A DNA stretch of 62,431 nucleotides, filler included, from Dugesia japonica (lineage: Eukaryota), in NCBI GenBank assembly GCA_001938525.1. It is 6 parts of 6 records of this genome, joined end to end, with 100 filler letters (N's around TTAATTAATTAA, not from the genome) between each part and the next. Parts side by side here need not be neighbours in the genome. Positions count along the whole stretch, not along the records: positions 1 to 13,212 come from MQRL01308638.1; positions 13,313 to 21,674 come from MQRL01613029.1; 4 more parts are not named here. One strand, 5' to 3'. The notes beneath the pieces were generated by a model. The model searched no databases, was not told the DNA's origin, and saw only the letters and a list, made by a program, of their open reading frames with translations. A program made the translations under genes and the position numbers. Below are positions 1 through 14,674 of the stretch, piece by piece. How positions within the stretch are numbered: the stretch's first letter is position 1; each line of letters starts with the position of its first letter.

Positions 1-2153
1 ATTGGTTACATCCAACCTTGTATGAGTGTCGAATAATTACTATTTTACTAAAATAAAGAAAAAGCTTCGATTTTAATAGAAGCTTTTTTTTATTTTAATG
101 AAATCTCAAATGCGATCAATGGTTAAGTCCAACATTTATTCTACCAATAATTGTAATTATAAGACTAATTACTAACTTATTAAAACAATAATGAATGCAA
201 TTGAAATACAGAATTAATTAAATTATGGAATAATATAATTTTTATGCCAGAATAAAATAATTTATAATAGTGAATATTGTAAGTTATGTTGTGGAATAAC
301 TCTGTAATACTTTAAAGAAAATATAATATAAAAATAAATTAAATAAAATAAATAATAAAATACAATAAGATTAAAAAAATTATTTATCTTGCCGCCTTTA
401 ACGGGTTCATTAAAATTCGTTACTTTTCATACTTAAAATGCTTAGTATGAATAATTTTTTCTTGGGACATTGTTTTCCTTAATAAAATTTTTTTCATTTA
501 AAGTTTTGAAATATATCTTTCTCATAAGCAGTTAGTTAACATTAAACGAAGAAATTTTCGTAAAACTGCTACCATATTAAGTAGGGACATTTTGATTTTT
601 TAAATCTTTATTTTAGTAAAGATCTTTATGAAAACATTCCTTCTGAAACTATTGTTTTATACAACATTTAAATTATAGTTTATAACTTCATCTGAAAGTT
701 TAACGTCAACATTTACTAGATATGAATTTATGAACAGTTAAACACTGTTGATTAATTTTCTTTCTAATAGCTCCGGTGGGCGCATATGAGCATGCGATAA
801 GAAGGTTGAAAACCCTTGAATTCACACAACAAATATCTCAACAACTATTATTTACTTAATTTCATAAACATAACATGTAGTGCGAATAAACAGAAAGAGT
901 TCGAAAATATAAAGAACATTGATGTTTATTACATGATGAACAAGTTGGAAAAGTTTTTATTGAATTTAAGACTTATGCAGTCAGAAAAGAAAATTTCAAT
1001 ACTCTATTAGTTGTGAAATTTCGAATAATAAATAACACAATCTTTAAATACCGGAACGTTATATTGTCTAAAATCGTACTATTTCTTCAATCCTATAAAG
1101 CTCAAACCTGTTAAAAAATTAATTTTATTTCGTAATAAAATTGTATACAAATCAAATTCTTAACCGATATAAAAAGAAACCCTGTAAACACGTCTAAAAA
1201 GATGTTATCAACAACGATACATAATGATGTATTAGCTGTTTTTCAACCAGGATTTCTTGACAAGTATAAAAAGAAACAAAAGTCTCTTTAGTTTTCAGAA
1301 TAAGGGTTCAAAAGAGAATTGAATCAAGATGCAAGAATCTGTAATCGATTCTGTATGGTTCACATAAACTTTCCACAATAATTTTACTAATAATTACTGG
1401 CAACGACTATTTATCTCAAATAAAGATTCTTGACAGTAATTTTGAATAACAAGTGATTTGAAAGATCTGATAATGTCGGATAAAATTCTAATGGCAAATT
1501 CTTTAATAATTACTAATATGACTAGATAATAATCAGTCTATTTCAGGTAATGCATATTGACCATAGTCTTCAATTAATTATCTCCAGTAGGTCTACTTGA
1601 TAAAAATGATTTTAATAAATTTCAGAATTGTATTTGATTAAAAAAGATTTATTCTTCTAGTTTGAAGTTTGCAAAACAACAATTTGAGAGTAATTTTTTA
1701 TTTTCTTACATATTAGTTGTTTTTTTCTTATAATTGCTTTCTAATTTTTAAGATAAAATAAATTATTGCTAAATAAAGTTTTAATTTTAACTTTGATTCT
1801 GTCGATTTATTAAGTTTATTTTAAATTCTTTAGATGCGTTTTTTAATTAGATTCACTAAGATTTTCAGTTTGTTATTTATTGTTAAATTGTTTTAATGAC
1901 TGTTTGATTAATAATAACTGTTTTATTAAATTATTTGTTGACTGCATTTGTAAATAATATTCAAATGTTTTTAAGGCTTTGCTTTTGTGGAAATGCTTTT
2001 GTAAACATTTCAAATTAAATAATTAAAACACTTATATATTTCTTATCCGCTTGGCGATTTTATTATTTTTTCTACTGTGACTATTCAATTTTGCGTTTTC
2101 CAACGATTGAATTTCTTTTTTTCTTTGAATGTATTTATTCTGTCTATTAAGTA

Positions 2154-3950
2154 AGTCAACCCTGTTCAATATGAACCCTGCTTAATATGAACAGAGTTTA
2201 ATATGAACATTTAAGTAAAAAATTATTGAAAACTATATGGTTTTCATGGAAATTTGAGTTTTATAATATGAACACTTTATTTTGAACAATGAACAATAAT
2301 AAGTGAAATAAATTAATGATTTCTCCATTTTTTGATGTAAATATTCATTTTCAACTGTCTTTTATGATTAATCTCTAAATTAACCTCCGGGTTATATGCG
2401 GGAAAATACGGTAAGCATCGAAAATAAACAGAAATTATTAAAATTATTTGTTGAAGATAAAGGTTGTTCTCAACGCTTTCTTTCATCAAAATACAATCTT
2501 TCATTAGGTTGTATAAATAATTTAATTAAATTTAGAAACTCCATTTTGAAGTCAAACTTCAATAACAAACAGAAAAAAAAACACATTTACGTAGTGGATA
2601 TCAAATTAATGCCATCCTGTATGAATGGTTCCAGATTCAGAGAACAAGAAATTTCAGTATCAGTTGTGATATATTGAAACAGAAGGCATTAGAATTAGCA
2701 CAGCACTTAGGAAACCATGATTTTAAGGCATCAAATGGTTGACTTAATTCTTTTCTTTTCAGGCATATGATATCGGCCAAAATAATCATTAGGCAATCAA
2801 AAACCATGGATGAAAGGTATATTCTTAATTTTAGGGAATAGTATATGTCAAAAGAATATGAAAATAGAAATGTTTATAATTGTGACGGAACCGGACTATT
2901 CTAAAAATGTTCATTAAACAGAACATATACAATTTCTAAAGAGGACAAGGCAAATGGTGAATTTTCTAAAGATCGAATTACTATACTCTTGGGAGTAAAT
3001 ATAATAGGAGAAAAGTTAAAGCCTTTAGTAATGAACAGATCAAAGAAACCTCGTTGTTTTAAAGATTACTATATAGAAAAACTANCTATTTATTACCGTT
3101 GGAATACAAAGTCTTGGATGACGTTAACAAATTTTCAAGATGGGTTAAAAAATTTGATCAGTATAATGAAAGCAGAGAAGCGAAAAATTTATTATTTTTA
3201 GAAAACGCACCTATTCTCCCAAAAGACTTCAAATTGAGAAACATCGAATTATTCTTTTCCCCATTAAATACGTCATCTCTTATTCAACCTCTTGACCAAG
3301 GTATTACAAAAAGTTTTAAAGACTATTATAAGAAGATTTTAATAGTCAATGACAATTTAATTTAGATAATAATGCTACACACGAGATATGGTGCAAAATG
3401 TTTGATTTGTATCAAGCAGTGATTTGGATTTGAATAGTGTAAAACCAGCGCATATCTCTAATTGTTTTACCAAGTCTTTCGAAAAGAAGAGAATGTTGAA
3501 TGCGATGATTTTCCATGTTTTGAGATTAATCCAAAATTTGATGAACATCTCTTATTTGATCTAGTAGAAAAGTATGAAAAGGAAAGTTCTGAAAAAGAGG
3601 AAACAAATGATAATTCAGTTGAAGTCGTAGAAGATGCAGTAATGACAGGATACGAAGCATATGAGTATGCAAAAAAACTTGAAAAATACTTTCAAGCTAA
3701 TATTCCAAATAAGATGAACAAAATATAGGATCTAATTGATGAAATTCAAGGAGAAAAAGCATCTAGGCAATTAAAAATCACAGACTTTATTAGGTGTCAA
3801 AGAAATAAAAATTGTAATAAATAGGTATAATAAATATTATTTTTCTGAAAATCTTTGTTATTGTTATGTTAATGGATGTTCATATTATTTTTTAATGTGA
3901 ACATTTGAAAAAATTTGTACGCTAGTGTTTATATTGAACAGGGTTGACTG
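2154..3950 (+). mobile_element. pogo/Tigger DNA transposon, full length, decayed
   Basis: TIRs of about 23 bp: AGTCAACCCTGTTCAATATGAAC at 2154 and GTTTATATTGAACAGGGTTGACTG ending at 3950, both flanked by TA. Subterminal AATATGAAC repeats are present, and the TIRs enclose a CENP-B/DDE_1 transposase. Confidence 0.9.
2396..3820 (+). pseudogene. Tigger/pogo (CENP-B-like) DDE transposase with frameshifts and stops
   Basis: Motifs across frames: ILKQKALELA..DFKASNG (CENP-B HTH), VYNCDGTGLF, SKDRITILL, KLKPLV..SKKPRCFK, WNTKSWMT, NTSSLIQPLDQGITKSFK. Confidence 0.9.
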
Positions 3951-5486
3951 TATTTTTAAAAGCGTAAATTTTTAATTATTTTTAAATGTACAATTGCATA
4001 TTATGAAATGGAAATTTTAAATATAAGTTTACAATTTCATTGTTGAAATTTGTAATTTAAATGTTTTGAATTAGTTGAGAACATTAACATTACGTATATT
4101 CCACTTCATCATTTTTACTGTCCATTCTTCTTCATCATCTTTATCGCGAGGCAATGTTTCTTTACATATTCAAAAAGAAAATTCAAAATTGAATTATTAA
4201 TAAAATTAATTAATTAGCAATAAAATACTTCAGCTGTTTTAATAATAGAAAATCTCTTAGAGAAATTTCTTTAATGTCTTCTCAACTACTGCTGTCTAAT
4301 CCAGAGCTAGTAAAAACACGTAAAAAACACGTGAAACTTTTTATACCAATTTATAATTGAAAGTTTCTGCAATATAAATATATAACTTAATTGAAAATTT
4401 GGCAAATTATTTAGAAAATTTGAATTGTTTTATATTTAAATAGTAAATTTTAAATAGTAAAATTTTATATAATTTAAATAATTTAATAAAAAATCTTTTA
4501 ATAATTTATTTAAATAAATTATACATAACATAAATTAAATAAGGCAATTTTGAGAAAAAACTTTCAGAAAGCAAGAATTGTATAGAAGAATTATTTGTGT
4601 TTTAGTAAAGTTTTGAGTTGAAATTCAAATTTTAATTGAATTAAATGAAGCAAACAAATAAATCTAACACAGTCAATTTTAAACAATTATCATGAATAAA
4701 ACTTGATTCATTTTGTGTTATTGTTGACTTTTTTTCTTTGTCAGTTTTTGTCTATATAAAATGTTCTGCCTTCTTTGATACATTCTATTATTTTATAATT
4801 TTTTGATTCACATTGCAATATTTATATCTTACTGCTCAGTGATACCCTAATTCCGGGTCCACTTAGAATTTTAGTGAGCTCAAATGCTAGAGTTTTCTTT
4901 TCTTTACACTTTCAATATAAACAAACAGACCAATATTCCATTAATTGAATTTCTGTGTTCAAAGTTTTATTTAACTGATGTTCGTTTTCCAATAATTTTG
5001 ATATATCGTTTTTTATTGCTTTCATCTCGTTGATAATTTTAATTCAAGTGTTATTAATATTTTTCTGTAAAAAATTTCTTTTTTGACACTTTATATTTCC
5101 TTTAGAAAATTTGTTTTACCGTTATTAATATCATTCCCTCTTCAAAAAAATATCAATTCAATATTAACCATATTAGTTTATATTTGCAACTTATTTAAAT
5201 TGGATCACTGATTTTAATTTTTTAAACTAAATCTCAAAATTAATCTGTATATTCATTTAAAGAATTTTTAAAAAATTAATATCGACGCACCCATAAAAAT
5301 AAGCTTTTCATATACTAAACTTTGTTAAAACTATAATTGAATCAGTATTTATATTGAATTTCTTAAACATTTAAATTTAGTTAGGAATATCACATGAATT
5401 GTAACAGCAAACACGAATAATAATATTTGGATTTTCCAAATACATTACACAATAAATTAATGTAGAAGTTTTCAGTCTTTTTTTTT

Positions 5487-5688
5487 AGCAGCGGAGCACT
5501 GTTTTATACTCTTAACAAATGTGGAGCCACACTATTAAAAATAAGTTATAAATAATAGATACATTGTATACTCATTAAAAATTATTTCTCCATGAAATCA
5601 ATGTATAACTTAAGAAACAAAAATATTTAGAAATAATAAAAGTTCACGGAGCCCTTGAGCTCCACAGACCACACATTGAAAACCACTG
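5487..5688. mobile_element. hAT (Charlie-like) non-autonomous end fragment
   Basis: Ends in TTGAAAACCACTG, the reverse complement of a CAGTGGTTTTCAA TIR, and has GC-rich subterminal GGAGC repeats. No partner TIR was found. Confidence 0.4.
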
Positions 5689-5860
5689 TATTTATGGAAC
5701 TATTAACACACAAACACAATTGGTTTATTATATGTTAAATAATATTTGAATTCTCTCATTCATATATACTTAAAATTCATTTATGCTTATTTTCATTTTC
5801 ATTTATAAATTCTTTTGCAGTCGATTGAAAATAAATGAAAAAATTTAAAAAGTATATATT

Positions 5861-7915
5861 TCACTAAAAACAAAGTATTTAAACAAAGTTTGCTTTATTT
5901 AAATACCATATTACTCCCTATTTAATTCATCGAATGAATCAATAATAGCTAAGGTTCGATTAATTTTATCGACTGAAATATTGTGTTCATGTTCTCGTCT
6001 TTAAACTTTTATTGTCTTATTGTCGTTGCTTCTACTAATGACAGTGAATGGACCTTTGTAAATTGGTTGAAAAGGTCGTTTATTTTCAATTTTGACTCAT
6101 CCTTGCTTGCTGCTTTGTAAGTCTTTAGGCATGAATGACTGTCAAAATTCATGTATTCAGCGTAAGCTACTGTTGTTAAAATAAATTTTCGAGTTTCATG
6201 AAATAGGGATTGAATAATAATAACTCATGGAAGTCGAATAGTTGTGTCTAAAACTAATTGTGATCGAGATAATTGTGTTTTTGGGTTGACTGCATTGCAT
6301 ATTCCTAAAAGCACTTCTGGTAAATCTTCTAAAAATGTTTTATGTGCATTTAGTGTGAGCATCGAGAGAAGTTTTTAGTGCTCGATGTAAACATTCTATT
6401 TTCCCATCACATTCGTGGTGATAAGAAGTTGTTTAGCGATATTCAATTCCCTTATTTTTTTAGGAAGTTGGAAATAAATTTCCCACAAATTGACGCCTGA
6501 TGTCTCTTATAATTATCTCACGAGCACCAAATGTTGAAATTTAATCTCGTGTAAATGTAAAACTGATTAATTTTATGCATTTATTTAGTTAAGTAAAAAA
6601 GCTTCTAAGATGATTCTTGGTTGTACTTTTGATTTGTCAATCATTATATCTGACCCTGCTATTTTTGTTAACACTTTGAGAAATTTGCATAAGCGTTGTT
6701 TCAATCCGTAAATATGAGCGATCATCAAATGTCATAGAATTTTCTAACCGAAAAATTTTCTTGGTGCTGCAATTGACCATTTACGTGTAGTTAGCTAAAA
6801 TGTCAGAGCCGAGAATGGGTTTGTTGACGTCGACAGCAATAAAATTCCATAAAAAAGTTTCATGGAAGACCTCAATTTAGAACAGTGAAGTTCTCTTTCC
6901 ATAAACCGTGATAGCTGAGTTGTCAGCTGACTTCATTTGCAATGTGATTATTGTATTATATATCTGAAAAATTTATTTTGAAAGAATACTTACGTTGGCA
7001 TCCAAATCGATTAGGAGTTGTATGTTGAATTGTTCACGAATATTAGTAACGTGAATACGGCATTTTGTGTTCTGAATAATTTGCGTTAGGTGAGTTCTCA
7101 GACTTCAATGTTACTGAAACAAAGTGCCCTTTACCGGAATATTTCCCAAGAGCATGGCGACTGATATTCTTTGGCACGTTTGCCGAATTTCGAATAGTAA
7201 AAAAAAATAAAGATTGGTGCTGCCATTTTTTCTGTAAATACTTTTTTTTATCCAATTCACAAACTGATTCTTGAGGTTTGATTGTAAATTTATCATATTA
7301 ATTGAACCGTTTTGGTATTCACTCATAATATTTATCGGGAAGTTTAGCTATTTCATCTGATAACATAGTTTTTGTCTCACTAAATGATGTTTAGTGCTAA
7401 TTTGAAGTGTGGTCATGAACCGATATGAGAAGATTACGATTATTGTTCGCGTTGATTTCAGGTTGAGCAATTTTAGACTACGTTTTAATTTCATTAACAA
7501 ATTGTGACGGTTTCCAGTCGTTTAAAGATTGAAATTGAACTAATCTGGTCATAGCCTGATCGGCTGTGATCGACCTCACCTTAATAACGGAAAACTTGAG
7601 ACTATTGTAAGGATTTTCAGAATTTGAATTCATGGCATGTAAAACTGACTCAAAAATGTTTGGCAGTAGATTCATAAAAAAATGAAAATACATCGTTTTC
7701 TGATTTTTGATATTGGATATCTGGAATGCAGCATTCACTTGCGAAACCCAAATATTGCATTGTTAAAAAATGTTGGTATTTTTACTGATAAGTAGCAATT
7801 TTCTAAAAGCTTTATTTATGACACCATTGTTGTAATCGTGTTACAAAATCACTAAAAAATAAATACAGATACGTCAGTATTTAAACAAAATTTCCTTTAT
7901 TTAAATTCCACACAT
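5861..7915 (-). mobile_element. Decayed, internally deleted Gypsy LTR retrotransposon (gag, protease and integrase tail; RT not seen)
   Basis: Minus-strand remnants: gag IWVSQVNAAFQI; protease LLIDLDANVSIL..FLWNFIAVDVNKPILGSDIL; integrase TTSYHHECDGKIECLHRAL and the GPY/F motif FQPIYKGPFTV. A flanking 35-bp direct repeat (5874-5908 vs 7876-7910, 3 mismatches) and a PPT-like AGGGAGT lie at the ends. Confidence 0.7.
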
Positions 7916-10900
7916 TTAAACAACTTAATATTTTAATATGTATTCAAACTTACTTATAATAAAATTCTTAAAAACTTGTTACATACTTTAAATAAATTTC
8001 TTATTAATAATTTTTAATTCTTTCTACACTATATAATCAATTTGTTTTACAGTTTCCAATGATCAAAGATTATTTTCTATATTAAAACTTTTCTTGCTAA
8101 TCTTTGAAATTAAATTTTAAAATAACTTACGTTTAAATGAATCTCTTCTTTAATTTTATGATAAATCACTTTGAATTTGATTCCTATTCAATTTTGGACA
8201 AACCAATTGTTCACCAATCCAATTGTTGACCGTTTCACTATGAAATATTTAATAAGAAATGTTTACACTTAATTTATTTAAGCATTAATTAAATGTTTTT
8301 TTTTACTTAAGTACCGTCAATTAACCACAAACCTTTTCGATTGATTTCATGTTATAAATTCGGAGCCAATAAAAATATTTTTGATCGAATAATTTCAAAT
8401 TCGGTTACTGCTTAGGGTTTTATGGCCGGATAATTTGAACAATCGTTCGTCGAAATATTGAGTAATCTAAAAAAATAGAAAAAAATATCGATCATCACAA
8501 TAAAAATAGTATATTTGAGAAACCAGCTAAAATATTAAAATTTATAATGAAAATACTTAGAAGATCTAAAATTCAAATCTTAAATAAATTTACTTCTATT
8601 TTATTAAACTAACTGAAATACCCGACTTGGTTTGGAAGTGAAAAAATTAAATCATCACTGAATATTTTTTCAATTTGACTGCTTTTAATTCTTTTTACAT
8701 TTTTATCATTTTTTTGATTCTTACTCACTTCACGTTTTTGTTTATAAATGTTTTTTAAAAATTTGTTGGATTGGTGATTTAATTTATTTCAAATTCAATT
8801 CAAAATTATATCACTCTTGACGAATTCAAAAACATTTATTTAGAAACGGAATAAGGTAAAAAACATTTTCAACGAAAGACAATTAAAAGGTTCATTTGAT
8901 GCTGATTTCTCCATTATAAAATATATTATGGTTTTATGTCAAAAATCAAACCGCGAGACCTCACTTAACACGTAAGACCTGTACATATAAATATTATTAC
9001 ATAAATTTCAGCCACACCAAAATAAAGATACAAAAACTTATTTAATTAATTTATTTAAATTTAATTTTAATTAATTAATTTATTTAAACAATCACCATTA
9101 AATATAGTTTTAAATAATATAACTTAATTTTTTAAAATCAATTAAGAAATTAATCTTTCAAAAATATAATATTAACAAGACTCTTCATTATGGTGTTATC
9201 TTGATTTGTCACTTCTTATCTTTCATTGGATATTTGTTTTAGCCTAGTCCAATAGAATTTCAAAAACAAACAAACAAATATTCAATTTTATATAAGATAA
9301 AAGCTTCAATTAAATTATATAAATCAATCCAAAAATTTATTAATCAAATTTATAATATTTATCAATTAATCCAAATCGAAACAGAATTAATAGTAGTCTA
9401 GACAAATTATATAAAATTTTTACAAACAATTAAATTTAAATTATGCATTACTTTTATTTATAAATTTTAAGAATTTTTAAATATCCAGATAAGTTGATAA
9501 TTTATTGCAGACTTAGCAGAAGATTAAATTTCATGAATTAAATTTTGTGGAGGCTTCTTTTATCTTAATAAATTTAGCGCCTGGCTTTTTGTATCTGCCC
9601 AGACTTAATTAATAAAATTTTCTTAAAATTTCTCAATATTGGATGGGAAATTTTTGAAATATTTAAAAAAAACTCACAATTTCCAAAAGAACTTTATTTA
9701 AAATTTAATATCAAAAATACGTTTACTTTTAAATTATATTTAAAGTAATATTTAAACTAATTTAATTAACGTTTGTATATTTTTTTAACATTTAAAGCTC
9801 AAAATTCATAACAGATTTACTAGCAAAGCTGTGTTTATTGGGTTTTTCGGAAATTAATATGTTAAATCAATTTTTAAAATAGATCATAATAAAAATATCA
9901 ATTGCTCAAATGGATATTGATATAATAATTTTAAAAGATATTTAATGCCTTAAAATAGGAAGAAAATATACACTTGAAAAATACAAAAATTACTTTCCGA
10001 ACAACCAAATTTTAAATTTCTGATCTCTATAAATGATGCGGAAAAGAAAAATACAGTACAAAAAATATTTAGAAATCAGTTAGGAAAGAGACCTGGGTTA
10101 TTTGGGNGTTACGACAACATAAAACAAGTTGGTGAGCAGAATAAAAAATTGATTCCAAATGCACATTATAAATGAACTGATCATAAAAGAGTCAACATGA
10201 AAGAACCAAGTTACATAGTTTTTCAAAATATACTATACAAATTAGGAAAAATAAATAAAAAATTTTATTTGACGCATTCATATTATTTCTACAAAACCAT
10301 TTTCATCTGGCGCATCCAATATAGTTGTAGTAAATGCTAGTATCTATAGAAACCTTATTTACAGTTTCAAATTGTTAACTTTTTTGCAAATTATATATAT
10401 ATATATATATATACATAGTATCTATATTCTACGACTCCAATTCAAGTCACAGGCGCATCTTTAAACAAATACCTTATAGGCTTAAAAATATTTAGATGCA
10501 TTCTGTATACAAGTACCAAATAACAAGACAATTTGCAAAAACGTTGGACAGAAATGAGACAGATTATATCATGAGAATAATTTAATTATTAAAACGATCA
10601 TTAACTAACTAAATAAATAAATTTATATCATATTATGTTTCAATAAAAGAATAAACATATAAATAATATTAGATAAATAAATATAAATAGATTACCAAAG
10701 AAATGTGAAGGAAAATTAAATCCTTGTTTACTATTTTTAGAGAAAGAGGTAACCATCAATTATAATAACATAGAGAAACTATTTGGCTCAAAAGACAGAA
10801 AACGTAATAATGTTGACATTTACAAAAATTGGTTTGGTTGAACAAGTAAAAGTAGCAGGTCCAATACACAGATATATAAATAATGTGTCTCCAAATAAGA

Positions 10901-11387
10901 AATACTCAACTCTTGAATATGAGCATAAAGCAAAATCTTAGAAAAAGGTAAAATTACATTTCTTTATTAATTAACATTAATTAGGATGTCTTTTTAAATA
11001 TGTATATAGCATTAATATAACAATGGATATAAAAATACTCATTGATCAAGTAGAGATTAATGAAATCCTAGTACCGATAGGAAATAAGAAATAGGAATGG
11101 TAAAAATTAATTAGTAATGTAATTTCACATCATATTAATTAGATGGTATAAATATGATGCTCAAAGAAATATGAATATATTAAATTAGTTGTATATAAAA
11201 ACTTAGATTAATATAAATAGTAATGTCAATGTAACTTCCAATCACAATTTATTTGAAGTGGAAATGTTACAGTTAATAAATTAGGATTATTGAAAGATAC
11301 ATTGTACAAAAAAGAAAGTTATAAAATAATATTAAAACATATATCAAGTAATGATCACAGATATAATAAAAAAATAAATTTAGTCTA

Positions 11388-11420
<33 letters not shown>

Positions 11421-11467
11421 CAGAATTATCACAAATTTAACGAATTATTAAATGAAATTATATATAT

Positions 11468-11820
11468 ACTACCATTATCAAAAAATACCCGGTAAATCCA
11501 ATTTAAAGTTCACACACAAATGGTATAGATGCAATTCTTATTTTTAATAGTTGCTATATATTTGTTTTACAACATTACAAACGTATAATTTCTGGTGATG
11601 AAACGTGAGTGTTTAAGTATGAAACTCAAACAAAACATCAATCAAGTCAATGGCAGTCTCCGGAAGAGCCAAAACCGAAAAAACCAAGTCATTTTCAGTC
11701 AAAAAAGAAAGGTCATGCTGACCGTTTTCATCGATTACAATGGAGTTGTACACCACGCATTTATTCCGGAAGGTCAAACAGTCACCAAGGAGTATTATCT
11801 AGGTGTTATGAGACGATTGC
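11468..11820 (+). mobile_element. mariner transposase fragment, internally deleted, runs into a gap
   Basis: IISGDET*VFKYETQTKHQSSQWQSPEEPKPKK, then a frameshift to KVMLTVFIDYNGVVHHAFIPEGQTVTKEYYLGVMRRL. Confidence 0.9.
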
Positions 11821-12244
11821 NNNNNNNNNNNNNNNNNNNNNNNNNNNNNNNNNNNNNNNNNNNNNNNNNNNNNNNNNNNNNNNNNNNNNNNNNNNCTCAA
11901 CGATGGCATAAAAAATTTTATTAGTAACTTAAAGAGTGTGAGACCCATCTTGATAACTTCTTATTTCTTGAAACATTTTAATGGATGTTTTTTGTGTAAT
12001 CTAGTAGTGTATGTGGATGAATTAGTATAAAATTTTAAAAAATACAACAATAAAATTACATAATAGTTTTAAACGCCAATTTAAAATATATTTCACTACA
12101 ACACATTTTGATAGATTTTCTATTATCTTCAGTTATAATTTTGTAATACATTTCCAAGTTCTTTTATATTAAAATTTTGATAGTGTAATCTTCAAAAAAC
12201 CAGGTTAATTAAAAATATTTAATAAAGATTTACAAATGTCTGTC

Positions 12245-13200
12245 TAGACATTAATTTTTGAAGCAGTCTATCTAATTATCAATGTCTCACATATAGCTTT
12301 CTTCAATAACCTTTAAAGTTTTTGCACAAAATATTGAATATATGAATATTAGTAACTGAAAACAGCAAAGTACAGCAATAACAAAGTGCATATCAATCAT
12401 CAATGTAAGCATCATTGATTTGAAGCACAACATGGCTAGTCATTAATACATTTGCTGTGAAATTTCATCGTCTTACTTTCAAAAAAGTCTCAATTGACAA
12501 ATTTCGATTTGTCATCAGTTGTTAAAGTTTTTACAATTCAGATAATTCTGCAAGGCCCTGAATAGATGATAATTTTTTGTGTCATATCTCGTGAGTAAGA
12601 TGGGCTAGAGCAAGTTTTCTACTACAACTCCAGAAATTTTTCACAAGTGGAGTGTGTAAAATTATTATAAATAAGCAATAAATGATTCCATTCTGGATGT
12701 TTTTGTGCAATGGCATTTGGATCCATTGTAGTTGTTGACAGCATCTATCCTTTGGTTTGTGGTGTCTTTGTTTCATAATGTTTAGATTTTCTTGCATTAA
12801 TATGTCCAAGAAAGAAAGTTTACATTTACTTTTCATTTCCTTATTAAATATAATATTACTATGTAAAGAATTGATATAATTAAGTAAAGGCTGAATATCT
12901 ACTTGAGAGATATCATCAACATAGCGTTTATGCACTAATAGTTTAATTGCATTAATTAATTCTTTTTTCAATATTCAAAAGAAACAAAGAAGCTAAAGTA
13001 GAAACAAGAAGGGTATACATAACAACCCCATTAATTGGTTTTTAACATTCATCATTTAACGAAAGATGCAAATTAGACATATCAAAAGTTAATAGTTTCC
13101 TAAAAGCAGCCGTATTTCCCATAATTCCTAACAAAGATAATATGTTTCATCTGACAAACAGTGTATAAATAAACTAACAACATCAAAATAACCATGCATT
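12245..13200 (-). mobile_element. Penelope-like retroelement remnant (RT plus GIY-YIG tail)
   Basis: FDVVSLF, NGVVMYTLLVSTLA (decayed GxAMGSPLSPxLA), KRYVDDI, YINSLHSNIIF and LSFLDIL, followed by the C-terminal KAICETLIIR..KIN typical of the PLE endonuclease end. Confidence 0.8.
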
Positions 13201-13212
13201 CAGAAAGATAAA

Positions 13213-13312
13213 NNNNNNNNNNNNNNNNNNNNNNNNNNNNNNNNNNNNNNNNNNNNTTAATTAATTAANNNNNNNNNNNNNNNNNNNNNNNNNNNNNNNN
13301 NNNNNNNNNNNN
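13213..13312. other. Artificial contig linker (44N + TTAATTAATTAA + 44N)
   Basis: A six-frame stop linker, repeated identically five times in the window. Confidence 0.97.
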
Positions 13313-14442
13313 AATTATCATAGATACACCATCCGTATTGAGACACTAGGTAGGTAAATGACAATTAAAACTAAGATAAACTAACTAGTTAATTTAATGA
13401 ACGTAATGATATACAACAAGGAAAACAACTGAATTACATAACCTAATAAACAGATTAGTCAACAGAATGAGACAACTAAAAACTGACTTAACTCAATAAA
13501 ACTAAATAGTCAATCAAACTCGAAAATAAAGTGAAAATTTATTTGTTATTCATCACAAATCTTTACTTCCCCAAATTAATACGTATACCGTTCATTCCAC
13601 GGATTAGCTTCGTAATACGTGGTATTCCAGGCTTGCGAGAACTGGGGGGTCCGTAAACTTGATGTATTCTGGATGCCAATTCAGGACTATAGACCTTTCC
13701 TAGGTAGTTTTTTGCCGCTTTGTTGCCTATTCTACAGAAAGCATATTCGAATTATCCACCAGAATACCCATGCAGACATTAAGAGGATTGGTGACTGGTC
13801 TACTCTTCTTTAGTGCATCATCGATGAGTATAATTTCCCTGTCGTTCCAGAGTTTAAATTTCGGTTCCCTAAAAGAAGACATATATAAGTAACGGATTTT
13901 TATAATAACGGAGTAGAACAAGAGGGTCGAAAACTCCACTTAGATCTAATTTCAGTGGTAGCAGAACTACACCTATCACAACAATGGTAAACAAAATGGA
14001 AAAATTCTAGTTCGGTTGTGCCCTCAGAAACACTCTAAATAGTCAATTAATTATATTGAACCCAAGATAATAATCGTATTAACATTACGACATAGCTGAC
14101 AATAATGAAGTAAAAAAGTAACGCTAAAGTTAATAAAAAGGATGATAGTAATAGTAGAAATGATAAAGGAAAAATGTTAATGATAATAACAACAATAGTT
14201 ATAATAACAATTGTGAATAATGGAGATAAGAAAATTGAACATAAGGATGCCAATATTAATATTGCTACAATGGTAACTTAAACATTTATACTACTAGTAA
14301 CGATAATGAAGAAATAATCATGATTACAGGATAATAATAAAAAATAATAATACTAATAATTCTAATGTAAATGGTGATGTTAATGGGGTTAATAAAAAAC
14401 ACTAATATCATTCGTTAAAACATCAATAATAGCAATAATAAT

Positions 14443-14443
<1 letters not shown>

Positions 14444-14498
<55 letters not shown>

Positions 14499-14602
14499 NN
14501 NNNNNNNNNNNNNNNNNNNNNNNNNNNNNNNNNNNNNNNNNNNNNNNNNNNNNNNNNNNNNNNNNNNNNNNNNNNNNNNNNNNNNNNNNNNNNNNNNNNN
14601 NN

Positions 14603-14666
<64 letters not shown>
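14444..14666. repeat. (TAA)n microsatellite with internal gap, inside an AAT-rich low-complexity tract
   Basis: Pure TAA triplets lie on both sides of an N run. Confidence 0.97.

Positions 14667-14674
<8 letters not shown>

Noticed and set aside
8600-9020. Helentron-like short element end (AAACTAACTGAAATACCCG)
   Set aside because: No partner subterminal repeat or hairpin could be confirmed.
10050-11340. LINE C-terminal remnant (KERDLG.., HNLFE)
   Set aside because: Only two short motifs are visible, which is not enough to call.
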